Assembly: GCA_963752285.1 (NCBI GenBank)
Contig: CAVVXN010000005.1
Location: 1,056,001 to 1,120,000, forward strand
Direction of reading: 5' to 3'
DNA: 64,000 nt
From: an uncultured Planctomycetota bacterium
GTDB taxonomy: Bacteria > Planctomycetota > PLA2 > JAEUHO01
The translations under genes and the position numbers were made by a program. Below, piece after piece: positions 47,250-58,024 of this stretch (its first letter is position 1; every line of letters begins with the position of its first letter). The notes beneath the pieces were generated by a model, which saw only the letters and a list, made by a program, of their open reading frames with translations, made no database searches and was not told the origin of the DNA.

Positions 47250-48200
47250 TCAGGACCGCTTCCCGCTCTTCCCGGGCTTCCCCCCGCCCGAGGGCGACGC
47301 CCCGGCGGGCTCCCGCTCGCCCTTCGGCGGCGACGCCGTCGCGTCGTCCGGCGGGCCCCCCTCGGAGCCCGGGCCCTCCTCTTCGTCGCGCGGGAGGAGG
47401 TAGTCGAGGATCCGCCCGATCTCGTCCTTCAGGTCCTGGCGCTTCACGATGCGGTCGATGTAGCCGTGCTCGAGGAGGAACTCGGCCCGCTGGAAGCCCT
47501 CCGGAAGCGTCTTCTTGATCGTGCCTTCGATCACGCGGGGGCCCGCGAAGCCGATCAGCGCCCCCGGCTCGGCCAGCGTCACGTCGCCCTGCGCGGCGAA
47601 CGAGGCGGACACGCCTCCCGTACAGGGATCGGCGAGCACCGAGACGTACGGGAGGCGCGCCTGGCGGAGCCGCGCGATGGCGGCACTCGTCTTCGCCATC
47701 TGCATCAGCGAGAGCGCGCCCTCGTGCATCCGCGCGCCGCCCGACGTGGCCACGATGATCAGCGGGACCCTCCGCTCGCGCGCGTCGTCGGCCGCGAGCG
47801 CGATCCGCTCGCCCACCACCACGCCCATCGACCCGCCCATGAAGGTGAAGTCGAGCGCGCAGATCGTGACCCGACGGCCGCCGAGCCTACCGCGGCCGGC
47901 AAGCGCCGCCTCGGAGTGCCCCGATTTGGCCTGCGTCTTCTTGAGCTTCTCCTCGTACGGCTCCTTGTCCACGAACCGGAGCAGGTCCCTCGGCTTCACG
48001 TCCTCGCCGAACCCCTCGAACGTGCCGGCGTCGATGAGCTGCTCGATCCGCGTCTGGGCGGAGATCTTGAGGTGGTGACCGCACTCCGGGCAGACGTTCA
48101 TGTTCTGCTCGACGGTCTTGGTGAAGACCATCTTCCCGCACTCGGGGCACTTCATCCAGAGACCGAGCGGGATCTCCTTCTTCTTGCGGAAGAACGCCAT
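47250..48200 (-). CDS. accD: acetyl-CoA carboxylase carboxyltransferase beta subunit
   Basis: WMKCPECG...CPECGHH zinc finger, FMGGSMG, SGGARMHEG, GFAGPRVI, PEGFQRAE. Confidence 0.96.
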   Translation of the reverse strand: MAFFRKKKEIPLGLWMKCPECGKMVFTKTVEQNMNVCPECGHHLKISAQTRIEQLIDAGTFEGFGEDVKPRDLLRFVDKEPYEEKLKKTQAKSGHSEAALAGRGRLGGRRVTICALDFTFMGGSMGVVVGERIALAADDARERRVPLIIVATSGGARMHEGALSLMQMAKTSAAIARLRQARLPYVSVLADPCTGGVSASFAAQGDVTLAEPGALIGFAGPRVIEGTIKKTLPEGFQRAEFLLEHGYIDRIVKRQDLKDEIGRILDYLLPRDEEEGPGSEGGPPDDATASPPKGEREPAGASPSGGGKPGKSGKRS

Positions 48201-48217
48201 CGTCGCCTCCCGGGCTC

Positions 48218-48892
48218 TCAGGCCCCCTCGCCCCGACCCGCGCCGACCTGCCCGCGGAGCGCGCGAATGGCCTCCGCGCGGTCACGCTGCTTGAAGATGG
48301 ACGTCCCCGCCACGAGCACGTCCACGCCCGCCTGGATCGCCCGGGGGGCGGTCTCGGCGTCGATGCCGCCGTCGATCTCGATGTCGCCCTCGTAGCCGTG
48401 GTCCCGGAGCGCCTTCACCTTGTCGAGCACCTCCGGGATGAACGACTGCCCGCCGAAGCCCGGGAACACCGACATGATCAGCACGTACCCGACCTCCGAG
48501 AGCCACGGCCGGGCCCGGCTCGCAGGCGTGTCGGGGTTCAGGACCACGCCGGCCCGCGCGCCCTTCTCGCGGATCGTGGCGATCGCCTTGTCGAGGTCGT
48601 CGGGCGCCTCCACGTGAACGCTCACCCAGTCGGCGCCCGCGTCCACGAACGCGCCGACGTAGCGCGTCGGCTGCTCGATCATCAGGTGGCAGTCGAGCAC
48701 GGCGTCCGTCACCTTGCGGACGCTCTTCACGAGCGGCGGACCGAACGTGATGTTCGGGACGAAGTGGCCGTCCATCACGTCGAGGTGAAGCAGGTCCGCG
48801 CCGCCCTCCAGCACGTCCCGGATCTCGCTCGCGAGCCGTGTGAAGTCGGCGGAGAGCAGCGACGGCGCGATCCGGACGGCGGACGAGATCAC
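48218..48892 (-). CDS. rpe: ribulose-phosphate 3-epimerase
   Basis: IAPSLLSADF, HLDVMDGHFVPN, MSVFPGFGGQ, IDGG. Confidence 0.96.
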   Translation of the reverse strand: MISSAVRIAPSLLSADFTRLASEIRDVLEGGADLLHLDVMDGHFVPNITFGPPLVKSVRKVTDAVLDCHLMIEQPTRYVGAFVDAGADWVSVHVEAPDDLDKAIATIREKGARAGVVLNPDTPASRARPWLSEVGYVLIMSVFPGFGGQSFIPEVLDKVKALRDHGYEGDIEIDGGIDAETAPRAIQAGVDVLVAGTSIFKQRDRAEAIRALRGQVGAGRGEGA

Positions 48893-49024
48893 CGGGAGAT
48901 CGTACCCGCACGTCCGGAGGCGGGGCGGAATCCGCCTCCCTTCGCGCGCTCGGCGGCGGACGCACGAGAACGCGAGGAGGCGGGGGTCGGGCCCCGCGCC
49001 TCGTCGCGCGTCCGCGCCCGGTCC

Positions 49025-50047
49025 TCAGCGTGTAGCGGCCGCGGGCACGCCGACCGCGAGGCGCTCGAGGAGGTCCGCGCACCGCGAGGAGTAGCCCCAC
49101 TCGTTGTCGTACCACGCGCAGACCTTGGCGAAGGTCCCCATCGAGAGGGTGAGGCCCGCGTCGAAGATCGACGAATGCGGGTCGTGCTGGATGTCGGTCG
49201 AGACGAGCGGGTCCTCGGTGTACCGGAGGATTCCGCGGAGCGGCCCCTCGGCCGCCTTCTTCATCGCGCCGTTCAGCTGCTCGATCGTCGCCTCCCGCTC
49301 GAGCTCCACGGTCAGGTCCACGATGCTCCCCGTCGCCACGGGCACCCGGACGGCGAACCCGTCCAGCTTGCCGTGGAGCGCGGGGATCACCTTCCCCACC
49401 GCGCGGGCCGCGCCCGTCGTGGTCGGGATGATGTTGATCGCCGCGCTCCGCGCCCGGCGGAGGTCCTTGTGGGGCAGGTCGAGGATCCGCTGGTCGTTCG
49501 TGTACGCGTGGATCGTGTTCATGAGGCCGCGCACGATTCCGAACGACTCGTGGACGACCTTCGCCACCGGGGCGAGGCAGTTCGTCGTGCAGGAGGCGTT
49601 GCTCACGAGCCGGTGCTCGGGCCGGAGCGTGTCGCCGTTCACGCCGAGCACGACGAGCGCGTCGAGCTCGTCCTTCGGCGGGACCGTCAGCAGCACCTTG
49701 GAGGCGCCGGCCCGGAGGTGCGCCTCGAGCTGCGCCCGCTTCCGGAACACGCCCGTGGACTCGAGCACCAGGGGCTGATCGTGGTCCTTCCACGGGAGGC
49801 GCCCGGGGTCCGTCTCGGTCCACATCGGGATCCGCCAGTCCCCCACCACGAGGTCCGACCCGTCCGTCGAGACGTCGGCGTCGAAGATGCGCTGCGTGCT
49901 GTCGTACTTGAGGAGGTGCGCCATGGTCTTCGCGTCGCCGAGGTCGTTGACGCCGACCACCTGGAACCTGTCGCGGCGCTCGTAGAGGATGCGGAAGACC
50001 ATCCGGCCGATGCGGCCGAACCCGTTGATGCCGACGGGAATCGTCAT
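49025..50047 (-). CDS. gap: glyceraldehyde-3-phosphate dehydrogenase (type I)
   Basis: GINGFGRIGR, SNASCTTNCLAP, WYDNEWGYS. Confidence 0.97.
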   Translation of the reverse strand: MTIPVGINGFGRIGRMVFRILYERRDRFQVVGVNDLGDAKTMAHLLKYDSTQRIFDADVSTDGSDLVVGDWRIPMWTETDPGRLPWKDHDQPLVLESTGVFRKRAQLEAHLRAGASKVLLTVPPKDELDALVVLGVNGDTLRPEHRLVSNASCTTNCLAPVAKVVHESFGIVRGLMNTIHAYTNDQRILDLPHKDLRRARSAAINIIPTTTGAARAVGKVIPALHGKLDGFAVRVPVATGSIVDLTVELEREATIEQLNGAMKKAAEGPLRGILRYTEDPLVSTDIQHDPHSSIFDAGLTLSMGTFAKVCAWYDNEWGYSSRCADLLERLAVGVPAAATR

Positions 50048-50149
50048 GGTGCGTGCCTCCGCCGGCCCCCGACCGGGGTCGGCCCTGTCGTACGATCGTA
50101 GGGAGAGGATACCGGCGCTCCGCCGGCCCCCGGAGAGGACCCCGGGCCG

Positions 50150-51649
50150 ATGGCTTTTGACCCCCTCGTCGGCGAGGTCGTGCGCCGGGCGCTCGACGAA
50201 GGCGTCGCCCGGCCGGGCGACCGCGTCGTCGTCGCCGTGTCGGGCGGCGCCGACTCGACGGCGCTCGCGGTCCTGCTCGACGAGGCGCGGTACGCGGGAC
50301 TCCCGCTCGACCTGGTCCTCGCGCACGTCGATCACGGATGGCGCGGCGCCGCCGCCGCGTGCGCGGACCTCGAGGTCGTTCGCACGCTGGCGTCGAGACT
50401 CGCCGTCCCGCTCGAGGTGCGGCGGCTCGATCCGCTTCCGCCGGGCGCGCGCGGGAACGAGGCCGCGGCCCGCCGCGGTCGCTACCACGCGCTCGCCGAC
50501 GTCGCGCTCGCGCGGCGCGCCTCGCACGTGGCCACCGCGCACCACCGGCGCGACCAGGCCGAGACGGTCCTCGTCCGCCTCGGCCGTCGGAGCGGGATCC
50601 TCGGCCGGCGGGGGATCCTCCCCGCGCGTCCCCTCGCCCCCGCGCGGGACCCCGAGGCCTGCGGGACCCTCGCGCGGTCCACGCCGACGCTGGTCCGTCC
50701 TCTGCTCGGCGTGGACCCGCGACGCCTCCGCGCGTACCTCTCGGCGCGGGGCCTCTCCTGGCGCGAGGACCCGTCGAACGACGATCCCCGCTACGAGCGC
50801 GTGCGCGCACGACGCGTGATCCTCGCGCGCGGCGACGCCTACGAGGCGCGCCTCGTAGACGTCGCCCTCCGTGCGCGGGCGCGCTTCGACGAGACGGTGG
50901 CGCGGATCGGGCGCGTGGTCGGCCGGCCCGAGCCCGCGCCCGAGACCGGGCCCGACTTGGCCTTGCGCGCGGTCCGCGTCCCGATCGACAGGCTCCTCTC
51001 CCTTCCGCCCCGCGACCTCCCCGTGGCCCTCGCGCTGCTCGGCCGGCCGCTGGCCGCCGACCGGGACGGCCCGTGGCTCACGCGCCGCCACGTGGCCCTC
51101 GCGCGGCGCGTCCTCGGGGAGGGTGGCGCGATCGACCTCCCCCGCGGGCTCCGGATCCGCGCTGCGGCGGGATGGTTCGTCCTCTCGCGTCGCGACGGGC
51201 CCGCGCGGTCCACGCCGCCCCCGGCCGCCGCGCCGCCGGACCCCGCCGTGCCGGCGCTTCGCCGCGTGGACCTCGACCGCGGCCGTCTCGACCTCGCGGC
51301 CCTACGTCGCGCGAGCGACCCGCGGCGCGCGGCACTCGACCGGGACGTGATCGGCGACACGCCCGAGGTGCGCTCCGTCCTACCCACGGACCGCTTCCGC
51401 CCCCTCGGTGGGCCCCAACGGGAGCCGGTGCGGGTCCTCGTCTGGCTGAAGAAGCAGGGGATCCCTCGCTCGGCGCGCGCGGCGTCGGCGGTGCTCGTCG
51501 GCGTACGTGGGGTCGCGTGGGTGGTCGGCCGGCGGGTGGACCGGGACCACGCGGTCGGGGCCGTGACACGGCGCGTGTCGATCTACGAGGTCGCCCGGTG
51601 TGGGGCCTCGGACGCCGTCCGGGTGTCGGGCGAACCTTCGGCGGTGTGA
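50150..51649 (+). CDS. tilS: tRNA(Ile)-lysidine synthase
   Basis: PP-loop AVSGGADS, HVDHGWR, TAHHRRDQAET, RPLL, EDPSN. Confidence 0.9.
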   Translation: MAFDPLVGEVVRRALDEGVARPGDRVVVAVSGGADSTALAVLLDEARYAGLPLDLVLAHVDHGWRGAAAACADLEVVRTLASRLAVPLEVRRLDPLPPGARGNEAAARRGRYHALADVALARRASHVATAHHRRDQAETVLVRLGRRSGILGRRGILPARPLAPARDPEACGTLARSTPTLVRPLLGVDPRRLRAYLSARGLSWREDPSNDDPRYERVRARRVILARGDAYEARLVDVALRARARFDETVARIGRVVGRPEPAPETGPDLALRAVRVPIDRLLSLPPRDLPVALALLGRPLAADRDGPWLTRRHVALARRVLGEGGAIDLPRGLRIRAAAGWFVLSRRDGPARSTPPPAAAPPDPAVPALRRVDLDRGRLDLAALRRASDPRRAALDRDVIGDTPEVRSVLPTDRFRPLGGPQREPVRVLVWLKKQGIPRSARAASAVLVGVRGVAWVVGRRVDRDHAVGAVTRRVSIYEVARCGASDAVRVSGEPSAV

Positions 51650-51766
51650 GGCGGGCGCACGTGGGGGGCGCGACCCGGTGGGACGCGCGACGCCTGGCGA
51701 CGCGCGGCCTGCCGTGAGCCGTCGCCGGGCGGGGAGACGCCGGGCGTTGAGGACCGACGTGGGGCG

Positions 51767-52039
51767 CTACGCGTCGGAGGACTGGGTCTCGTCCGACGCC
51801 GCGGCGGCCTTCTTCTTCTTGGCCGGCGGGCGCGGGGTCTCGTCGTCATCGTCGTCGTCGTCCGCGAGCTCGGCCGCGCCCTCGTTCAGGCCCTTCTTGA
51901 ACTGGGAGATGCCCTGACCGAGGCTCCGGGCGACCTTGGGAATCCGGCTCCCGAAGAGGAGCAGGATCACGAGGAGGATGACCCAGATCTCCCAGGAACC
52001 GGGGATGCCCGCGAGGATCGGAGGAAGGAGTCGAGCCAT
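51767..52039 (-). CDS. tatA: twin-arginine translocase TatA/E subunit
   Basis: EIWVILLVILLLFGSRIPKVARSLGQGISQFKKG. Confidence 0.92.
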   Translation of the reverse strand: MARLLPPILAGIPGSWEIWVILLVILLLFGSRIPKVARSLGQGISQFKKGLNEGAAELADDDDDDDETPRPPAKKKKAAAASDETQSSDA

Positions 52040-52167
52040 GGCTCGGAGTCTACCTCCCGAGGGGCGGACCACCCCGGTCCGGACCCGGTCGCGCAGGGGC
52101 GTTCGGGCAACGGTTGCTCGCTCGCTCCGTCCGGGCGCGGCCGGGCTCCGGGGCCCGGGCCCCCACC

Positions 52168-53433
52168 CTAGGGCGCAGGAACGGCCGCGACGACGCCGCC
52201 GTCGTGGGTGACACCGAAGATCCCGCCGTCCTTCGGATTCGTCGGGATCAGGTCGAACATCTGGAGGCCGAGCCGGCCCTTCGCCTGGTAGCCGTCCTGG
52301 CTGTCCCAGAAGGTCGCGGTGCGGGACGCGTCGAGCGTCACGACCCACCGGCCCGACCAGCAGAGCGGGCGCAGGCCCGCCGGGTCGTTGAAGAGGGGCG
52401 TGCCCTTCTCCAGGTCGAACGCGAAGAGGCCGCGGCGGTTGTGGGCGAACGCGATGCCGCCGTACACCTCGACCTCGATCTCGGGGGCACCTTCCACGCC
52501 GGAGGAGCGCTTCACCTTCTGCTTGCGGCCGAAGACCCACGGGTTCGTACGGATCGGGTCGTCGAGGCCCTGGAGCCACTTCACCTGTCCGCTGCCGAGG
52601 TCGATGCAGCGGAGGATCCCGTCCTGGCTGCCCACCACGACGTGCGCGGGCGTGACGGCGGGCGTCGCGTCGATGGCGCCCGTGAGGTGTACCGACCAGT
52701 TCGGTTCGCTCGGCTCGGTGACGCCCGTCGAGAGCGAGGTGACCGTGCCGTCCTCGCCCGCGATGATGAGGCTCTGGCCGTCCGGCGAGACGACCGGCGT
52801 CGCCCAGAGGAGCCCGTGCGTGCGCCAGCCCCAGCCGCGGCGGCCGTCGGCGAGGCTCACGCTCTCGACGGTGCGGTTGTTCCGCGGGCTGCCGAGGGAA
52901 CCGACGTACACGCGCGAGCCGTCGGAGTCCACGCCCGACGACGCCGCGAAGGAAAGACGCACGGGGAAGCGGTCCGACTTCGCGCCGGAGCGTTTCGAGA
53001 GCGCCTCGATCCAGTACGCGCCGTCCGGCGCCTTCACGAGGAACACGTAGTGCGCGGGACCCTCACCCGGGACCGCGGCGAGCGCCGACTGGAGCGCGGT
53101 GACCCAACGCGGGGTCAGGTCGCGTCGCGCCATCGGGTAGACGAGACCCGTCTGCGCGATGACGAGCAGATCCTGGTCCATCAGGTAGCAACCCGACACC
53201 GCGACGGGGCGGTCGCGGGAGAGGTTCGCCTGGACGATCTGGGTGTCCCACGGCAGGCGCTCGAGCGCGGCCGCGCCGAGGTCGGCGAGCGTCGCACCCT
53301 GCGCCGGAACGGGACGGCTCGGCCGCAAGCAGTCGCCCGCACCCGCGGACGCGCTCACGACGAGCAGGCCCACCGAGACGGCGCCCACCAGGAGGATGGG
53401 GCTACGAACGAGTCGGGAGAACCCTCGCATCAT
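52168..53433 (-). CDS. secreted PQQ-like beta-propeller protein (BamB-like)
   Basis: Signal peptide; repeats ATPVV...GEDG, ATPAV...GSQDG...DLGSGQVKW. Confidence 0.75.
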   Translation of the reverse strand: MMRGFSRLVRSPILLVGAVSVGLLVVSASAGAGDCLRPSRPVPAQGATLADLGAAALERLPWDTQIVQANLSRDRPVAVSGCYLMDQDLLVIAQTGLVYPMARRDLTPRWVTALQSALAAVPGEGPAHYVFLVKAPDGAYWIEALSKRSGAKSDRFPVRLSFAASSGVDSDGSRVYVGSLGSPRNNRTVESVSLADGRRGWGWRTHGLLWATPVVSPDGQSLIIAGEDGTVTSLSTGVTEPSEPNWSVHLTGAIDATPAVTPAHVVVGSQDGILRCIDLGSGQVKWLQGLDDPIRTNPWVFGRKQKVKRSSGVEGAPEIEVEVYGGIAFAHNRRGLFAFDLEKGTPLFNDPAGLRPLCWSGRWVVTLDASRTATFWDSQDGYQAKGRLGLQMFDLIPTNPKDGGIFGVTHDGGVVAAVPAP

Positions 53434-53574
53434 CGTTGATCTCGCTGGGGTATGGGGCGTCCGGAGAACCGAGGCTCCGACACGCGAAGCCCGGGGATCG
53501 AAACGCTCGAACCGCACGGAGGGAGGCAGAGGCAGCGTCGAGCATCGCCTCCCGGACCTCCTTCCGCGGTCGAA

Positions 53575-53603
53575 CTTATAGGGTTCGCGCCTCCGAGTGT
53601 CAA
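53575..53603 (-). promoter_or_regulatory. sigma70-type promoter
   Basis: Minus strand TTGACA-N17-TATAAG, facing the PQQ-propeller gene and tatA. Confidence 0.7.
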
Positions 53604-53747
53604 GGAAGAGTGAAACGACGACGGCTCCCAAAGTCCGCTGGGATCCGGGGGTTAGGGCCGTCTCCGGGGTACCCCCTCCGGGAGGATTCCCCGCCGGGCG
53701 CGGGGGGGCGGACGCTACGATCTCCCCCCGCCGCCCCGGTCCGCGCC

Positions 53748-54488
53748 GTGTCCGACCAGGATCCTCTCCTCCGAAACCTCGCGCGCCTCCGTTCCGAGAT
53801 CGAGGCGGCCCGAGCCCGGTCCCCGCGGGCGGCGGAGGCCGTGGACCTGCTGGTGGTCACGAAGTCGGCACCCCCTTCCGTGTACCCTCGTCTCCTCGCC
53901 GCCGGGGTCAGGGACGTCGGCGAGAACAGGGTCCAGGCCGCGCTCGAACGCCGCCGTGGCGCGCCCGGGGGCCTCGTCTGGCACGGGATCGGCCACCTCC
54001 AGCGGAACAAGGCGGCCCGAGGGGTCGAGGTCTTCGACGTGTTCCACGCGCTCGACTCCGCAGCCCTCGCCCGTCGCCTGGACTCGGTCCTCGCGAGGAC
54101 GAGCCGTCGTTGGCCCGTATATATCGAGGTCAACGCCGCGAACGACCCCGCGAAGGGCGGGGTGCGTGCCCCGGAGACGCTGGAGCTCGTGCGCACGGTC
54201 CTCTCCCACCCCCACCTCGAGCCGCGTGGGTTCATGACCATGGCGCGGTTCGACGCGGGCGAGGCCGACGCGCGGGCCACCTTCCGCGCGCTGAGGGAGA
54301 TCCGAGACGAGGCCGTCCGGCGGGGCCTCGGGGACCCGCCGCCGCGCGGCCTCTCCATGGGGATGACGGACGACTTCGCGTGGGCGGTCGAGGAGGGCGC
54401 GACGATCGTGAGGATCGGACGGGCGGTCTTCGAAGGCGCCCTGGAAGAGTCGTCGCCGCCGCGGCGCGGCCCGGAGGCCGGCTCGTGA
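53748..54488 (+). CDS. yggS: PLP homeostasis protein YggS
   Basis: VVTKS, GENRVQ, WHGIGHLQRNK, LSMGMTDDF, VRIGRAVF. Confidence 0.93.
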   Translation: MSDQDPLLRNLARLRSEIEAARARSPRAAEAVDLLVVTKSAPPSVYPRLLAAGVRDVGENRVQAALERRRGAPGGLVWHGIGHLQRNKAARGVEVFDVFHALDSAALARRLDSVLARTSRRWPVYIEVNAANDPAKGGVRAPETLELVRTVLSHPHLEPRGFMTMARFDAGEADARATFRALREIRDEAVRRGLGDPPPRGLSMGMTDDFAWAVEEGATIVRIGRAVFEGALEESSPPRRGPEAGS

Positions 54489-54490
54489 GC

Positions 54491-57400
54491 ATGCGCGTAC
54501 GCATCGAGCACGGGCAGGACGCGGGGAAGACCTGGCGGCTTCCGAAGGCCGGGACGTACGTGATCGGCCGCGTGCCGCCGAGCGGGATCCGCGTCCTCGA
54601 CATGAAGGTGTCCAAGGAGCACGCCCGCGTGGTGCTCCAGGGGGAGGACGGGGTCCTCCTCGAGGACCTCGGCTCCCGGCACGGCACGCTCCTGAACGGC
54701 CAGCCCGTCCAGGGTGTTCGCCCGGTCAAGGCCGGGGACGAGATCCGCCTCGGGCTCTCGATCCTCCGCGTCCTCTCGGACGGGCCGGCCGACGAGACGC
54801 TCGAGCCGACGGGCGCCGAGCCCCCGCTGCCCGCGAGCGAACACGACCGCGCGGCCGGCACGCCTCCGCGGCCGAAGAAGGTCTTCCCGCCCGACGCGCT
54901 CGTGGACACGGAGATCGGCGGCTACAAGGTGCTGCGCAAGATCGGCCAGGGCGGCATGGGCTCGGTCTACGTCGCCGAGCAGCTCTCCCTCCACCGCGAG
55001 GTGGCGCTGAAGGTCCTGTCCGAGAAGTTCACCGACGACCGCGCGTTCGTGGACCAGTTCGTGAACGAGGCGCGGTCGGCCGCCGCCCTGAACCACCCGA
55101 ACGTCGTCCAGGTCTACGACGTCGGCCGCGAGAACGGACGCTACTACTTCTCGATGGAGTACGTCCCCGGCGGGTCGCTCGAAGAGCGGCTGGCCGAGAA
55201 CGGCCCTCCGCCGTGGACCGACGCGCTGAACTGGATGATCGACGCGTCGAACGCGCTCATCTTCGCGGCAAAGCGCGAGATCCTCCACCGGGACGTGAAG
55301 CCCGACAACCTGATGCTCGCCGAAGACGGCAGCGCGAAGCTCTGCGACCTGGGCCTCGCGAAGAAGGCGGCGAACGCCGACCTGCTCGCCGCCGGGATCA
55401 TCGGCACGCCGGCGTTCATCAGCCCGGAGGCGATCCGCCGCAAGAAGGAAATCGACGCGCGGAGCGACCTCTACAGCCTCGGGTGCACGTTCTACCGCGT
55501 CCTGACCGGCGGGAACCCCTACCCCGGGTCCACCGTGAAGGACATCCTCCTCGGCCACCTGCGCAACCCCGTACCGCGCGTCTCTGCGAAGAACCACGAC
55601 GTCCCCAAGGAGCTCGACGACGTCGTCTACCGGCTGATGCAGAAGGAGCCGGACGAGCGCTTCGCCTCGCCGGACGACCTGCTCCAGTCGCTCGACCGGA
55701 TCCGCGTCCAGCACGGCCTCGAGGCCCACGGCCTGAGGCCGCCGAGCCGAAAGCCGCTGATGATCGCGCTGGCCGTGCTCGTGGTCGGGCTCGGCGTCGC
55801 GCTCTACCTCGTCCTCACGAGCGCGACGGCCCCGACCGGGCCCACGCCGCAGGAGATCGAACAGCAGAAGCGGGCCGAGGAGGAACGGCTTCGGGTCGAG
55901 AAGGAGTACGGCCGCTTCCAGGTCCAGGCCGTGCAGGACCGGAACGAGATCGAGAAGCGGCGGATCGAGGGTCATCTCACGCTCGACAACGCCACGGACC
56001 CGCGCTGGGGCAAGCTCTCGAACGACTTCAAGGACCTCGCCGGCCGACTCGAGGGGAACGCCGACTACGGCGACCGCAAGGAGATCAAGGACCTCGTCCG
56101 GGTCCTTCGGGTGGACGCGGAGAACCTGCAGAAGGACGTGCAGGACCGCATCGAGCTCGGCGAGCAGCTCAAGAGCGCGAAGGAGGAGACCGCGAAGGCC
56201 CTGGACGCCGACCTCGGGGCGCTCCGGAAGGCGTACGACGACGCCATGGCCGCGGCCGAGAAGGTTGGGCCCGAGCAGGCGATCGCGCTCTACGCGAAGG
56301 CGTACCTCGCGGTGGACCCGGAGCGGCTCGCCGACATCCGCCAGCGATACGAGAAGAAGCTCGCGAAGGACGCCCTCCCCGACTCGGTGCCCGCCGAGCT
56401 CAGACAGCGCCTGGGCGACGAGCCCCTCCTCGGGACGAAGGAACAGATCGACCCCCGCGTCACGAAGCTCTTCCCCGGCGACCCGGCCGGTGCGGAGCTC
56501 CGGGACGCGGCGGCGAAGGCCGCGAAGGCGGCCTACGACGCGGCCGCGAAGCAGGTCACGGACGCCTTCGTCGAGCCGACGCACGAGAAGTACCGGACCG
56601 CCGCCGACCTCGCCGAGGCGTTGACCGAGCTCCTGCCCGACGCGGCCGACCCGAAGCTCGGCCCCCTCGGAACGGAGATGGCCTCGTGGCGGCAGGAGGC
56701 CGAGGAGCTCTCCCGCCGCGTGGACGACGCCGAGCAGGCTCTCCGCGCCAAGGAGCTGTCGGCCGACCACGACGCGTACGAGACGCTCCTGCGGTCGCTC
56801 CGCAAGCCCTCGGTCGGCCTCCTCTACAAGCTCGACCTCGACGCCGCGGAGAAGCAGGCGAAGGACGCGGCCGCGGCGATGCACGATCCCACGTACCGCG
56901 CGCTCGCGCTCTCGCTCGCGGGCGACGCCGCGGCGATCCGCGCGCTCTACCAGCACATCCAGGCGTCGTTCCCGGACGGATGGTCCTCGGACAAGGTCTC
57001 GGTGCCCGACGACCGCGGCGAGACGACGACCGCGAAGGTGCGCGAGGTCGGCGCGAAGTCGATCCGGCTCGGGCAGGACGAGCGCACCTGGCTCGCCCTC
57101 GGTCCCCAGTTCGTGGTGGGCCCGCTCCTCTTCCCCGGCCTCCCCGACGACCCGACGGCGCGCATCCAGCCGACGGGCGACGACCGTCGCGCGATCGCGG
57201 TCCTCGCCGAGATGGCCGTCCGGTTCGACGTCGCGAACCTCGAGTGGCAGGCCTACCTCGCCGAGGCGCCCGCCGAGAACCAGGAGGAGCTCTCGGCGCT
57301 CCGCCTGCGGTACGCGCGCGAGCCCCTCGAGCAGAAGGCGGGCGAGCTGTGGGCGAAGGCCCGCGGCGTGCTGGTCCACCTCCGCGCGTTCTTCAAGACC

Positions 57401-58024
57401 CACGACCCCAACCAGATCGGCACGGACGCGTTCTGGAGCCAGCAGGACGTCCGGGACGCCGTCAAGCAGCAGGAGCACGAGCTGAACCTCGAGCTCCAGC
57501 AGGCGCACGACGCCCTCGACGCGCTCGCCGACCCGGGCCTCGCCGTGACGGCCTGGGCGACCGCCGTGCGCACGGGGTCGAGCCCCCAGGCCCTCTACGC
57601 GAACGAGCCGCCGCCGCCCGCGGCCCCCCCGTCCGGGAAGGGCGAGAAGGGCAACGGGAAGCCGGCCTCGAACGGCGGCGGGGCGAACCCGCCCGGCGGC
57701 GCCGCGCCGGCTCCGGGCGACGGACGTCGGCTCCCCCCCGACGGCGACGCGGACGGCGGGAAGGCGCCCGGCGAGAAGGGCCCCGGCGAGAAGGCTCCGG
57801 GCGAGAAGGCCCCGGGCGAGAAGGCCCCGGGCGAGAAGGCCCCGGGCGAGAAGGCCCCGGGCGAGACCGGCCCGGGCGCGAAGGGCGCCGGCGCCGGAGA
57901 CCCTCCGGCGGGCGCGGGAAAGCCCGAGGGCGGGACCGACGCGCCCGAGGGCGGGGCTCCCCCCGGGTCGCCCGGCCGAGGCCCCGGCCCGGCCGGCCCG
58001 CCGGGCCCGGCCCCCACCCGGTGA
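54491..58024 (+). CDS. FHA domain + Ser/Thr protein kinase with TM helix and large helical C-terminal region
   Basis: FHA (IGR, VSKEHA, DLGSRHGT), kinase (GQGGMG, VALK, HRDVKPDN, DLGLA, SPE), TM LMIALAVLVVGLGVALYLVL, KAPGE repeats at the C-terminus. Confidence 0.9.
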   Translation: MRVRIEHGQDAGKTWRLPKAGTYVIGRVPPSGIRVLDMKVSKEHARVVLQGEDGVLLEDLGSRHGTLLNGQPVQGVRPVKAGDEIRLGLSILRVLSDGPADETLEPTGAEPPLPASEHDRAAGTPPRPKKVFPPDALVDTEIGGYKVLRKIGQGGMGSVYVAEQLSLHREVALKVLSEKFTDDRAFVDQFVNEARSAAALNHPNVVQVYDVGRENGRYYFSMEYVPGGSLEERLAENGPPPWTDALNWMIDASNALIFAAKREILHRDVKPDNLMLAEDGSAKLCDLGLAKKAANADLLAAGIIGTPAFISPEAIRRKKEIDARSDLYSLGCTFYRVLTGGNPYPGSTVKDILLGHLRNPVPRVSAKNHDVPKELDDVVYRLMQKEPDERFASPDDLLQSLDRIRVQHGLEAHGLRPPSRKPLMIALAVLVVGLGVALYLVLTSATAPTGPTPQEIEQQKRAEEERLRVEKEYGRFQVQAVQDRNEIEKRRIEGHLTLDNATDPRWGKLSNDFKDLAGRLEGNADYGDRKEIKDLVRVLRVDAENLQKDVQDRIELGEQLKSAKEETAKALDADLGALRKAYDDAMAAAEKVGPEQAIALYAKAYLAVDPERLADIRQRYEKKLAKDALPDSVPAELRQRLGDEPLLGTKEQIDPRVTKLFPGDPAGAELRDAAAKAAKAAYDAAAKQVTDAFVEPTHEKYRTAADLAEALTELLPDAADPKLGPLGTEMASWRQEAEELSRRVDDAEQALRAKELSADHDAYETLLRSLRKPSVGLLYKLDLDAAEKQAKDAAAAMHDPTYRALALSLAGDAAAIRALYQHIQASFPDGWSSDKVSVPDDRGETTTAKVREVGAKSIRLGQDERTWLALGPQFVVGPLLFPGLPDDPTARIQPTGDDRRAIAVLAEMAVRFDVANLEWQAYLAEAPAENQEELSALRLRYAREPLEQKAGELWAKARGVLVHLRAFFKTHDPNQIGTDAFWSQQDVRDAVKQQEHELNLELQQAHDALDALADPGLAVTAWATAVRTGSSPQALYANEPPPPAAPPSGKGEKGNGKPASNGGGANPPGGAAPAPGDGRRLPPDGDADGGKAPGEKGPGEKAPGEKAPGEKAPGEKAPGEKAPGETGPGAKGAGAGDPPAGAGKPEGGTDAPEGGAPPGSPGRGPGPAGPPGPAPTR

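Noticed and set aside
57761..57865. 15-bp tandem repeat as a DNA element
   Set aside because: It is in frame and encodes KAPGE repeats in the kinase's disordered tail.
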